Source: a virus
Lineage: Duplodnaviria > Caudoviricetes
DNA length: 63,956 nucleotides
Strand: one strand, 5' to 3'
IMG/VR virus record: IMGVR_UViG_3300010397_000008
Span: 1 to 63,956 of that record
Positions 8,517-17,174 of this stretch are shown here, piece by piece; positions within the stretch are counted from its first letter, which is position 1, and each line of letters starts with the position of its first letter. The notes below the pieces were generated by a model. The model had not been told where the DNA came from, searched no databases, and worked only from the letters and a program-made list of their open reading frames with translations. A program made the position numbers and the translations under genes.

Positions 8517-9296
8517 GGGAATTATATAGATGACTTCCTCGCGCGTTGAACGGATCGGCGATGCGACGCTGTATCTCCGAGACTGTCGGGATTGTATCCA
8601 GCAGATCGGGCTGGCACAGGAACGCGCCCCTGATTTAGCGGTCATTAGCGACCCGCCCTACGGCATGGATTTCGATACCGACAGCCGGCGCTTCACGGGC
8701 GGCACGATTCGGCGGGGAACAGGGAGGGACGATCGGTCCATCGCCGGCGACGCCGCCTCCTTCGATCCGGCGCCATGGCTCACCTTTGATGAGGTCATCC
8801 TCTGGGGCGCAAATCACTACGCGCAAAAACTGCCGATCGGCTCGACGCTGATCTGGCTCAAGCGCTATCAGGAGCATTACGGCAGCTTCTTGTCGGATGC
8901 CGAGATCGGCTGGCAGCGGGGCGGGCATGGGGTCTATGCGCTGCATGCGCCCGATAGCAGCGGCCGCCGGCGCCTGGAATTCACCGGCAGCGCGTTCGGA
9001 GATGAGACCGCGCATCCGTTCCAGAAGCCGATCGCGCTGATGGCCTGGTGTATCGAGCGCGTTAAAGGCCGTGCAATCCTCGACCCCTTCATGGGCTCCG
9101 GCACCACTGGCGTTGCCGCCCTGCGCCTCGGCCGCAAATTCATCGGTATTGAGATCGAAGAGCGCTGGTTCGATATCGCCTGCAGGCGGATCGAAGCGGA
9201 GGCAAACCAACCACGCCTAGCAATCGGCAGCGCACCGCCGCGACCGGCGGCTTTGGAGCCGATGCTGTGACCGAGGAAGTTAAATATATAATTCCC
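8517..9296. mobile_element. Non-autonomous IS1595-family-like cassette (ISNwi1-type ends) carrying a DNA methyltransferase
   Basis: 25-bp TIR GGGAATTATATA-(GATG/TTTA)-ACTTCCTCG; perfect 8-bp TSD TTACAAAG (8509-8516, 9297-9304); no transposase. Confidence 0.9.
8530..9270 (+). CDS. Orphan N4-cytosine/N6-adenine DNA methyltransferase (beta class)
   Basis: DPPY, HP.QKP, and DPFMGSGTTG motifs. Confidence 0.9.
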   Translation: MTSSRVERIGDATLYLRDCRDCIQQIGLAQERAPDLAVISDPPYGMDFDTDSRRFTGGTIRRGTGRDDRSIAGDAASFDPAPWLTFDEVILWGANHYAQKLPIGSTLIWLKRYQEHYGSFLSDAEIGWQRGGHGVYALHAPDSSGRRRLEFTGSAFGDETAHPFQKPIALMAWCIERVKGRAILDPFMGSGTTGVAALRLGRKFIGIEIEERWFDIACRRIEAEANQPRLAIGSAPPRPAALEPML

Positions 9297-9434
9297 TTAC
9301 AAAGAGGCGTGGCGGCAAGCCGCCGAGCAAGAGCCGTTTATCAGCGAGGCTCACTTGGTCAATTATGATCCGCTGGCGCTGCCGGAATTGCCCCAAGACC
9401 CCGTTGCCGCCGTACCCGTTACGGAGATGCCGTT

Positions 9435-9935
9435 TTGACCATCACCATCCTCCCGCCCGAGGCAGACCCGATCAAGACGCTGCGCACGATGGCAGCGTTC
9501 GGCATGGACGAGGGGCGCGGCATCGCCGAGATAAAGCGCGGCGACATCACGTTTACCGGCGTCAACGCGCAGCCGGTCATCGGCCTCGCGATCCTGTGCA
9601 AGACACCCGAAAAGACGCCGATCCCGATTTACGACGTGGCGACGCGCGGTGTCGAGGTCACGATGCTGGCCGATTGGCTCAAGGCGCGCGGGTTCGAGGC
9701 GAGCGCGTGCCGGTGGAACCGGAACCGAATAATCGGCCCCCCCAACTCTGCCGCTCATCGTCCTGCGTGGGAGCTTGTGACCGGCCCGGCCGATGTCCCG
9801 GCGATGCCGCCGGAGTTCCCACAAGGGCCGGCCATGAGCCAAATTGAGGTTGCAATGCGGCAAGCCGAATTGCAACGGCGCATCAACGAGATGCAGATGC
9901 GTGTGCCACCGTCATACGAGTGCGAGAGGAAATGA
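9435..9935 (+). CDS. Hypothetical protein
   Basis: TTG start coupled to the restored upstream gene. Confidence 0.55.
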   Translation: MTITILPPEADPIKTLRTMAAFGMDEGRGIAEIKRGDITFTGVNAQPVIGLAILCKTPEKTPIPIYDVATRGVEVTMLADWLKARGFEASACRWNRNRIIGPPNSAAHRPAWELVTGPADVPAMPPEFPQGPAMSQIEVAMRQAELQRRINEMQMRVPPSYECERK

Positions 9936-11260
9936 CCATGCCTGACGACGTGAAATCGCAGCAGATCGAGAAGCGCATAGACCGCGAGGTTGCGGGTGGA
10001 CTGTCCATCGTCAGCGGTGCCGGCACCATGACAATCGCGCCCCGCAACATGGGCGAGTTGATGGAGTTCGCGAAGCTCATGGCCGTGGCCGGCGACTGCA
10101 TCCGTCCAGCCTTTCGGGGCAATGCGGGCGCGTGCCTGTCGCTGTGCCTCCAAGCCTTCCGCTGGGGCGCGGACCCGTTCGCGGTCGCCAACAAGGCGTA
10201 TATCACCACCGGCAAGGCCGGGACGCAGATCGCCTACGAGGCGCAGCTTATCAACGCCATCGTCCACAACTCGCCGATGCTCGCGCGGCGCCTGCGGTCC
10301 CGATACGAAGGCGCCGGCCAGCAGCGCAAATGCATCGTCACCGGATGGGTGCGCGGCGAGGACGAGCCGTTCGAGTACGAGTCCCCGACCATCGCGCAGA
10401 TCGCCGTCAAAAACTCGCCGCTCTGGCAGGGCGACCCCGACCAGCAACTCGCGTACTACAGCACCCGCGCGTGGGCGCGGCGGTATCTGCCCGAGGTTCT
10501 GCTCGGCATCTATTCGCCCGACGAAGTGCAAGGCGAGGTCATCGACATAACGCCCGCACAGGGCACTATCCAGGAGGCGGCACGCGCCGATCTCACCCAG
10601 CCGATCCCGTGGGAGGTATTCGACGCCGCCGGCGAGGTCTACGAGTTCGAGATGTCCGATAAGGCCGTCGAGGCGTGCCGCAAGATACTGATCGCGAGCG
10701 CCGCCGACCCGGCGATGCTGGCGACGGCGTGGGAGAACAACGCCGCCTTCATCGTGTCGCTCGGGCAGGATGGGCTTGAAGATGACGCGCGGGCCATCGA
10801 GCGGCTTTACGCCGAACTGGCACCGAAGCAAGAGGTCGGTCATCCGGGACAGACCCCGGATGGTATGGCGGCGGCGTCCGTCAAAGGGGGGGAGGAAGCC
10901 ACGCCGGGCACGCCTCCCCCCGCCGAAGCCACAACCGATTCTCCGCCGGTGCAGCAAACACAGGAGGACGCGAATGGGATTGACGGCCCTGTGCCGGCGG
11001 GGGATGCCGCATCACGTTCGGAGCCGCCCGCTGATCTACTCGGCAACCCGCGCCCCGAGAACCTGACCGTCCCACTGCCGCGCAAACCCGATCTGGATCA
11101 CGTCGCCCGGCAACTGCTCGCGATGATCGCCGAGGCACCGGGCGACGCCTTGCGCCGCAACCGGATCAAGATGGCGAACGAAAGCGCCCTACTCGTCCTC
11201 AAGGCTGGCGCGGTCGAGCGTTACGACGAGGTTCAGGCGGCGCTCCACCGGGGCGCGTAG
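9932..11260 (+). CDS. recT: RecT-family single-strand annealing protein with a long C-terminal extension
   Basis: QAFRWGADPFAVANK...YEAQL...NSPLW..DPDQQLAY...R.WARRY.PEVLLGIY. Confidence 0.85.
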   Translation: MTMPDDVKSQQIEKRIDREVAGGLSIVSGAGTMTIAPRNMGELMEFAKLMAVAGDCIRPAFRGNAGACLSLCLQAFRWGADPFAVANKAYITTGKAGTQIAYEAQLINAIVHNSPMLARRLRSRYEGAGQQRKCIVTGWVRGEDEPFEYESPTIAQIAVKNSPLWQGDPDQQLAYYSTRAWARRYLPEVLLGIYSPDEVQGEVIDITPAQGTIQEAARADLTQPIPWEVFDAAGEVYEFEMSDKAVEACRKILIASAADPAMLATAWENNAAFIVSLGQDGLEDDARAIERLYAELAPKQEVGHPGQTPDGMAAASVKGGEEATPGTPPPAEATTDSPPVQQTQEDANGIDGPVPAGDAASRSEPPADLLGNPRPENLTVPLPRKPDLDHVARQLLAMIAEAPGDALRRNRIKMANESALLVLKAGAVERYDEVQAALHRGA

Positions 11261-11393
11261 CCGCGTAGTCGGCCAGCATCGCCGCCGCCCCCTCGATCCC
11301 TAGCCCTGCCGTCAGCCGAGCGCGATCGGTCGGCGGCAGGCGCATGATGAAGCGGATCGCCTCGGCGTGTGGCGGGCTCGTCAAGTCAGCCAT
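11199..11393 (-). CDS. Small hypothetical protein (paralog of the ORF at 12499-12735)
   Basis: Shared HAEA.RFIMRLPP..RARLTAGLGIEGAA. Confidence 0.5.
   Translation of the reverse strand: MADLTSPPHAEAIRFIMRLPPTDRARLTAGLGIEGAAAMLADYAATRPGGAPPEPRRNARPRQP
11284..11369. repeat. 86-bp imperfect direct repeat, copy 1 (copy 2 at 12617-12702)
   Basis: Ungapped alignment by eye with about 10 mismatches. Confidence 0.85.
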
Positions 11394-11549
11394 TTAGCAA
11401 CCGTAGGGGTCACGGCCCACGATGCGGCCCACGCCAGCCCCACCGCGCCCGCGATCACCATCCTCGGGCAATAGCGTCAGCAGAATCGGGATCGCGAAAC
11501 AGAGCGCCACGCCGACCAGAATCCACCAGCAGGAGCGCGGGGTTCTCAC
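11394..11549 (-). CDS. Small membrane protein
   Basis: WWILVGVALCFAIPILLTLL transmembrane segment (not in the ORF track). Confidence 0.45.
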   Translation of the reverse strand: MRTPRSCWWILVGVALCFAIPILLTLLPEDGDRGRGGAGVGRIVGRDPYGC

Positions 11550-11615
11550 AGCGCATCCCCATCTTTTTTATCGGTAATCATCGTGTCTTCGGAAGACGAG
11601 CGAGCGTCATAGGGG

Positions 11616-11921
11616 TTAGGATTTCCGATCAGTCCCGCTTCGGATCGCTTCATCGCCGATCACCTGAATCGATTTCTCGTGCAGGAGCGCAGCACTAATA
11701 GCGGCACGGACGTCCGAGATTCGCATTCTCATCAGGTTGGAGCGAGGGATAGAAAAGCGCATAGTCCCTAACTCAATGAGTTCAGCCTTAGTCCTTAGGT
11801 CATCAGCGATAAATTCTTCGACCGCTTTTGCATCCATATTACGAAGCAGTTCAGGCTTTGATATCCTGTCCTGAATGGCGCGCCGCATGGCTCGCGGTCT
11901 TGCGCTGGCGTGCGTTGTCAT
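11616..11921 (-). CDS. Hypothetical protein coupled to the ParA remnant
   Basis: ATGA overlap with the ParA-like fragment; lower GC. Confidence 0.55.
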   Translation of the reverse strand: MTTHASARPRAMRRAIQDRISKPELLRNMDAKAVEEFIADDLRTKAELIELGTMRFSIPRSNLMRMRISDVRAAISAALLHEKSIQVIGDEAIRSGTDRKS

Positions 11922-12121
11922 AGCGCATCTATCCGCGTCTTGAGAGCATCGGTGAGATTGCGGTACATTTGGTCCAGACCACGGCCACCCACATTTTGAG
12001 TTCCGGACCGATCATATACCGGTACGCCCTGAGAAAGCGCCTGTGAAACTCCGGTCCCCTCTTCGATATATGGGGTAGCAAGGTTTGGTCCCCACCTTCG
12101 CTGAAGTGATCCGCGGTACAC
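11918..12121 (-). pseudogene. C-terminal remnant of a ParA-family ATPase
   Basis: PYIEEGTGVSQALSQGVPVY...YRNLTDAL resembles a ParA C-terminus; no Walker A part upstream. Confidence 0.55.
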
Positions 12122-12616
12122 ACTTGAGTTTTTGGGCTGAATGTGCGACTACGCTTCAGGTGGTGGGCACTTGAAGGATCTGGGATGTCGGAGCCACTCA
12201 ACGCTTACGGCCAGATATCCGTCTGACCGAAGCCCCCTATTTCGCACCCCTTATATCTGCCGCTCAGTAGAACGAAAATTCCTGTTCCGGCATCGTAATA
12301 AAATAATTTCTTAAGTTGATTGTGGCTAATTTCAAACATCAGCGTCTCCCATGAACGCTTCCATACTTCATGTATCGCCTTCCATTCTCTGTATAGCTGT
12401 AATTTGCATTTGCGTCCACTTCCTCGACCACCGCCATGCGGCCGAGGCAGGATTCCAAACCCTCCATCAGAACCCGGTAGAGCCCGCTTTCCGCCTCGTC
12501 ACCGAGGGAGCCGCCCTTCCCCAGCATGCGCGCATAGCCGCCGGCCAGCGCGTTCAGCGTCAGCTTCGCGCCCCGCGCGATCTGCACCGCCGGCATTGCG
12601 CTCGTCATCCGCCCGA

Positions 12617-12702
12617 GCCGCCCCCTCAATCCCTAATCCTGCCGTCAGCCTAGCGCGCTCGACCGGCGGCAGCCGCATGATGAAGCGGACGGCCTCGGCG
12701 TG
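12617..12702. repeat. 86-bp imperfect direct repeat, copy 2
   Basis: Matches 11284-11369. Confidence 0.85.
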
Positions 12703-12883
12703 ATCCGTCACCATTTCGGGATCGGACGCTGCCACGCCTCCATGAGACTGCCCCAGAGCGTTTTCGGCCGCGGCGCCGCGGCGATCCGCTCAAGCGCATC
12801 AACCGCCCGTTCTTCGAGAGTCGGCCGAGGCTTCGGGGCCGGCGGCAGGTAAGGCGATGGCCGCCAAGGACCGATGAAATCGG

Positions 12884-13264
12884 TCACAACAGCGACAGCA
12901 CTACCGGAAGCACCATGCCGGCGATCCGCGCCGCCATCTGGACATAGCCCAAGACTTGCGGCAACCAGGTCAGCGAGCTTTGGTCGGCATTTCCGGTCGA
13001 TCCGCTGAGCATCTGTTCGCAATAGGCGTAGGGGTAGACCGCGACATCCCGGACCATTTTCGGTGCCGCGGCGCCGGTCGCAGCGATCAGTGACGGGGCG
13101 GCGGCGACGCAGGTGTCCTTGATCGCCGCCAGATCGCCGGCCGATAGGTTGCGGACGCTGCCAACGGCGTAGTCTTGCGCCAGGTCGATGCCGGTCTGCT
13201 GGGCGCCACCTTGGCAACCCGCGAGGATGAGAGTGATGGCGGCGGCGGCGAGGATGCGGTTCAT
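12884..13264 (-). CDS. Lipoprotein (lysis region, possibly spanin-related)
   Basis: Signal peptide MNRILAAAAITLILAG-C with a lipobox. Confidence 0.65.
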   Translation of the reverse strand: MNRILAAAAITLILAGCQGGAQQTGIDLAQDYAVGSVRNLSAGDLAAIKDTCVAAAPSLIAATGAAAPKMVRDVAVYPYAYCEQMLSGSTGNADQSSLTWLPQVLGYVQMAARIAGMVLPVVLSLL

Positions 13265-13482
13265 GTCCGGGGGCTCCCGTCTGGATTGCGGGTGATCGCG
13301 ATGTTGGCCCACATGGCGCAATCGCGAAGCTGGCGCAACAGATAGGTCTTGTCGGGACCGTCCGGCACGATGCCGTCGATCTCGGTAGCAAGGCTCTCAA
13401 ATTCCGCTCGGACGTGCGCCATTATTTCAAGTTGCGCATCGGTCGGTTTGAGATATTGAAACGTCGAGGGGTGCAGGCTCAT
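13261..13482 (-). CDS. Acb2/Tad1-like helical-hairpin protein (candidate immune-signal sponge)
   Basis: FQYLKPT..Q......R..F..LA..I....PDG.DK...L..L....MWAN.AI pattern. Confidence 0.65.
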   Translation of the reverse strand: MSLHPSTFQYLKPTDAQLEIMAHVRAEFESLATEIDGIVPDGPDKTYLLRQLRDCAMWANIAITRNPDGSPRT

Positions 13483-13601
13483 TCAACAAACTCCTGTTGC
13501 GGTTCCGGCTGGTAGAAGATGATCGTGCATGTGGCGACTAGCGCGCAGGCGACCACGATCGCGAGGATCGTCGCCGAGCCGCGCGGAGTCCATACCCTCA
13601 C
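13479..13601 (-). CDS. Small membrane protein
   Basis: ATILAIVVACALVATCTIIF transmembrane segment, coupled at both ends (not in the ORF track). Confidence 0.45.
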   Translation of the reverse strand: MRVWTPRGSATILAIVVACALVATCTIIFYQPEPQQEFVE

Positions 13602-13924
13602 CTGATCGGCGCGCCGAACACGCCCCAGCCAAGAAGCCCGATCAGGATATAGACCAGCTGTCTGTCAATGTACCGGATGATGACCTTCTCGCGGGGAACG
13701 CGCTTTTTGTCCAGCTTCGTAAGAAGGTCGGGGAGGCCCCGCGCTTCTGCGCTTACATTTCCTTCAAAAACGGCCACCCATTTATACGGATGGTCATTGA
13801 TCATCCGGGGATGGTTGCTGGAAAGCACCTTCGCTGCTTCAACAAAAGAACGAAGCTCTCGATCAATTTGGGCTGCGGACCCGCCAAGATGCTCTAACGC
13901 CTCCGCTGTGGAAAATTTGGGCAT
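13598..13924 (-). CDS. DUF5678-like protein fused to the tail of a small membrane protein (chimera)
   Basis: HPYKWVAVFEGNVSAEA..L..L; abrupt switch to LVYILIGLLGWGVFGAPIR and to GC-rich codons. Confidence 0.55.
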   Translation of the reverse strand: MPKFSTAEALEHLGGSAAQIDRELRSFVEAAKVLSSNHPRMINDHPYKWVAVFEGNVSAEARGLPDLLTKLDKKRVPREKVIIRYIDRQLVYILIGLLGWGVFGAPIR

Positions 13925-14111
13925 GACATGATGACTCCTTTCCTGATAGCCTTACGGAGTCAATCTAATGACCTTGTTTTTAGTGACGAGATGGGTCTAA
14001 ACTTGATTATATTAATCAAGTTTTAAATCCATCTCTATATACCTAATGCTAAATTTGCGTGTGTCAAGTGCGTTTTTTGCATGGCTGGGATTCGTGCATT
14101 CTACCCCGTTA

Positions 14112-14348
14112 TTATTTCTTTAGTTTCCAACGCACTGCCTGTCCGTCTTTGATCCGCTCGACATGGCCACGGAGCGCCATCTGATCGAGGCGGACAAGGA
14201 ACCGACCGACGAAGGTAGCACGAACGCCAGCATCCTCAATTCGCTTCTCAGAGAGCGCGATGTCGGCCAGCTCGGCGGCCGACACCGTCTCGCGGATCCT
14301 ACAGTCGAGGTCGCGGCCACGCTGGACGCCGCCATTGAACAGAAACAC
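14112..14348 (-). pseudogene. C-terminal fragment of a winged-helix-like protein
   Basis: SAAELA...L....RGHVERI......WKL; the 5' part is missing. Confidence 0.4.
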
Positions 14349-14377
14349 ATCAGCATCGATTCCACGCGCCGCGGCGG

Positions 14378-14899
14378 TTGCTTTTTCCAGACCTTGAGGG
14401 ACGTGCGACGCTTTCCTTTTATAAGATTATTCGTGACTACATTCGGTCGCGATCGATGCGGATCGCCACGGAGTACGGCAAGCGGCTCGCCCTCAAGTCG
14501 CAGAACCTGAAGCCAGACACGCTAAAGGCGCTTGCGGAAACATACTCTTCACACTCGTTTGTTATTGATCAACACGAGGCCGAAAGCCTCTTTGAGAACG
14601 TTCGCGGGGCCAATGAGGCCGAACAGGAACTGGTGGCGGCGCTTGGCCGCTATGCCAGATTCGAGATGGCAAGACCTGCGGATCTGGTGTTTGAAGCGTT
14701 ATCTAAGGACGATGAAGTTCCAAAGGAGGCCACCGATGCCAAAAATCAGCAAGGCGGAAGCGCGGCGCCTGATGGACGAGATTCTGCGCGAGCAGATGGA
14801 GCGGCCAGCCCTGCGCCCAAGCGACAGCGACGCCGCCGCAGCCAATCCATTTCGGACGGAAACGGACGTGATCGTGCCGCGCCCGACGCCGGCTGCTGA
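14378..14899 (+). pseudogene. C-terminal remnant of an SDH/SppA-like (Clp-fold) serine protease
   Basis: RSMRIATEYG.RL.......L..L...Y.SH.FVID..EA..L; catalytic N-terminal part absent. Confidence 0.55.
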
Positions 14900-14976
14900 C
14901 GATCGTGACAACGCGCGGGTCTGATTGGCGCGCTGTCGCGATCGTTGGAGGGGCTGATGCCGATCACCGGGCATCT

Positions 14977-15351
14977 TTAGCGCCTCGCCACCGTCACAAG
15001 CGCCCCCGGCATCGGTGCCGCAGCGGTCGCGGCATCCGCCAGAGCGACCCCCTCGGCGGTCGGCATCGTCTCCACTTTCGCGACCTCCGGCATCTTCGCA
15101 ACCGTGGCGACCAGATTGGCCTGCTTGTGCGTGATGACGCCCCAGGTGCCGGATGCCGCCACGCCGAGCGAGCCGACGGCCATCAGCACCAGCGTCGTCG
15201 CGGTGCTGATAAACTGCTCATTTGACAAGATCGCCGTCACCTGTGCCTGGGAAATCCAGCCCTTCGCGACGGCCCATGTCGCGAGCGAGGAACCGGCCGC
15301 GGTAATGAGCGTGCGCCAAGCGCTGTTGATCTGTTCCTGTGACGGGTTCAT
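14977..15351 (-). CDS. Putative holin
   Basis: Small protein with 2-3 transmembrane segments at the end of the late operon. Confidence 0.55.
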   Translation of the reverse strand: MNPSQEQINSAWRTLITAAGSSLATWAVAKGWISQAQVTAILSNEQFISTATTLVLMAVGSLGVAASGTWGVITHKQANLVATVAKMPEVAKVETMPTAEGVALADAATAAAPMPGALVTVARR

Positions 15352-15593
15352 ATCGCCTCATCCTTTGCTGGCGCGTTGAGGATCATATCACGTTCCGCGC
15401 GAAACTCGGCGATCCGCGCGGAGATGGTTGCAGCATCCTCCACCGCGTATTCCCGACGCGCCGGCTCGGGCCGCAATGCCTCTTTCCCCCATTGCGGCAC
15501 GCACGGTTGAGCGACGCGCGCATGGTGGACAGAAGTGGTGCCGCAGTGGACGCAACGCTGGCTCAGCGGTTCAAACTCGTGCTCGTTCGTCAC
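15348..15593 (-). CDS. Small CxxC protein
   Basis: HEF.....RCVHCG; GTGA-coupled. Confidence 0.5.
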   Translation of the reverse strand: MTNEHEFEPLSQRCVHCGTTSVHHARVAQPCVPQWGKEALRPEPARREYAVEDAATISARIAEFRAERDMILNAPAKDEAI

Positions 15594-16096
15594 GGCGCCC
15601 GCCCCTTGAACGCGTTGAGGGCAAGGGTCGAGAGCGCGATCAGCAGCATCAACCCGGCGACGATCCACCCCAGCATGTCGCCCCGCCCGCCGCTCTGCCC
15701 GCCGCTCTCCCACCGGAATTGCTCTAACTTTGCTGTCCGTTCCGAGAGGTCGGTCTTGACCTCCTTCAACTGCGTCGCCAGCAGCATCGAGGATGCGTCC
15801 ACGTTCGCGCGGATGACCCTCGCCAGTTCCAGATCGAAAATCTGCTTCTGCGCGGCCAACTCGTTGAGCCGGCGCGTCTCGGCGTCCCGCATCGCGTTCT
15901 GATACTTGCCCTCGGCGGTCCGCAGGTCATCCTGCCGCTTGTTGGCCGCTTCGGAGAGCGCCTTCACGTTCTCGGTCGGGTCGATCACCTGACCGCCACG
16001 AGCATCAACGCCGATGCCAGGCCGCCCCGGCACGGGGTCTTGAGCGCCTGCCGGGATGCAGATCAACAGGAACAAGACGGCCCAAGCGGCGATCAT
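15590..16096 (-). CDS. Membrane-anchored coiled-coil protein (lysis region)
   Basis: Signal peptide, coiled coil and C-terminal transmembrane segment. Confidence 0.6.
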   Translation of the reverse strand: MIAAWAVLFLLICIPAGAQDPVPGRPGIGVDARGGQVIDPTENVKALSEAANKRQDDLRTAEGKYQNAMRDAETRRLNELAAQKQIFDLELARVIRANVDASSMLLATQLKEVKTDLSERTAKLEQFRWESGGQSGGRGDMLGWIVAGLMLLIALSTLALNAFKGRAP

Positions 16097-16299
16097 TGCC
16101 TGTTATCCTTCCTCTCCAACAGCAGACGCAGGCGACGGATTTCCAACAGCATGCTGTCGATCTGTCTCTGTCGCTCCTTGTGCGGGGGCTCTCTTTTGAC
16201 CGTCTCCGATCCAGCGCGCGTCGCGCTCGCTGGCGGCAGCGCGGGTTGCTCGCACGCAATCAGGACGGACAACAGGACGCAGCATGCCAGCATTCTCAT
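16093..16299 (-). CDS. Small lipoprotein (o-spanin-like)
   Basis: VLLSVLIA-C lipobox followed by a Pro-rich segment. Confidence 0.45.
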   Translation of the reverse strand: MRMLACCVLLSVLIACEQPALPPASATRAGSETVKREPPHKERQRQIDSMLLEIRRLRLLLERKDNRQ

Positions 16300-16598
16300 C
16301 GCTTCGTATTGGCCCGGTTCTCCCTGAAAATTTCAAGTTGCGTGTCGATCCGGGCGAGGGTCTTTGAGGCGTCAACCAAATTTTGCGTCACGACGCGCTG
16401 ATCCTGGCGCTGATCCGAAATGTCTTTTTCCTGGCGCTCCAAGCGGGTGAGTATCTGCGCCATCGTCGCGTTGGTGGTGATCGCCCAATACGCAAGGGGC
16501 AACCCGATCGTCGCAAGCAGCAGTAGCACTTGGATCGCGTGCCCGAGCCAATCGCGCTGCCGCACCATCATCCGAGGGTTTTCCCCGTGTGATGTCAT
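16296..16598 (-). CDS. TM plus coiled-coil protein (i-spanin/holin-like)
   Basis: One transmembrane segment followed by heptads. Confidence 0.55.
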   Translation of the reverse strand: MTSHGENPRMMVRQRDWLGHAIQVLLLLATIGLPLAYWAITTNATMAQILTRLERQEKDISDQRQDQRVVTQNLVDASKTLARIDTQLEIFRENRANTKR

Positions 16599-16641
16599 CG
16601 CTCAACCGCCCCGCACGCCGACGGACGGCCGGACATCTGCC

Positions 16642-16854
16642 TCAAACAACTCCCGAATAACTCTTACGACTGATGATCCGCCAAACCGTGTCTCGGGAGC
16701 AGCCCAAGATAAGAGCCAGTTCCGTTGTGCCTTGTCCTTGTTCCCGTTGGCGCCTGATACGGCGCACGGTGGCATTCGTAAAGCGGGCACGAGGATGCCG
16801 TTCGTCCTTTGAGGAAACATTGTCATTCACCACGCCCTCGCCGGTATCGCGCAT
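16642..16854 (-). CDS. Small HTH protein
   Basis: HPRARFT...VRRIR.......TELALILGCSRDTVWRII; resembles the HTH at HNH-nuclease C-termini. Confidence 0.55.
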   Translation of the reverse strand: MRDTGEGVVNDNVSSKDERHPRARFTNATVRRIRRQREQGQGTTELALILGCSRDTVWRIISRKSYSGVV

Positions 16855-17174
16855 TGTGTATTGCTCGAATAGACCCGCACTCGGCCGGTGTGCTTATCGG
16901 TCGTGAACACCGAACCCTGTGCGCCATTGGCTGAAGCCCCCGCCATCGGGTACGCCGTGGGAGTTCCCTTTTCCGCCGCATCATCCAGGACAAGAATTGC
17001 CCCGGCCGCGCAAGAAACCATAAGCTCAACACCGAGACGATGCTCATTCGCAGGGATAGTCACGACGAGCGCGAGACCAGCAAAAGACACTGGGTTGGCG
17101 CTGTAGTCGATACCATCATTACCTGCTAAACTAATAGTCGGAACGATGGCGGCGGCGAGAAAGAGAGCCCTCAC
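16827..17174 (-). CDS. Signal-peptide-bearing beta-rich protein
   Basis: MRALFLAAAIVPTISLA leader. Confidence 0.6.
   Translation of the reverse strand: MRALFLAAAIVPTISLAGNDGIDYSANPVSFAGLALVVTIPANEHRLGVELMVSCAAGAILVLDDAAEKGTPTAYPMAGASANGAQGSVFTTDKHTGRVRVYSSNTQCAIPARAW

Larger units (their letters stand above)
8399..9438 (+). pseudogene. 83-aa phage gene split by the methyltransferase cassette
   Basis: Joining 8399-8516 to 9305-9438 gives an open 252-nt frame MKVMLVEIGY...KHYK|EAWRQ...EMPF*, coupled to both neighbours. Confidence 0.85.

Noticed and set aside
9267-9438. Programmed +1 frameshift at CCC-TTA
   Set aside because: Better explained as the right end of the MTase cassette joined to the 3' half of the interrupted gene
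11284-12702. DGR TR/VR pair or attL/attR
   Set aside because: Mismatches are not adenine-specific, and no RT or integrase is present
14950-14965. IS1016-like end GGGGCTGATGCCGAT
   Set aside because: No partner end or TSD found, and it faces away from the foreign segment
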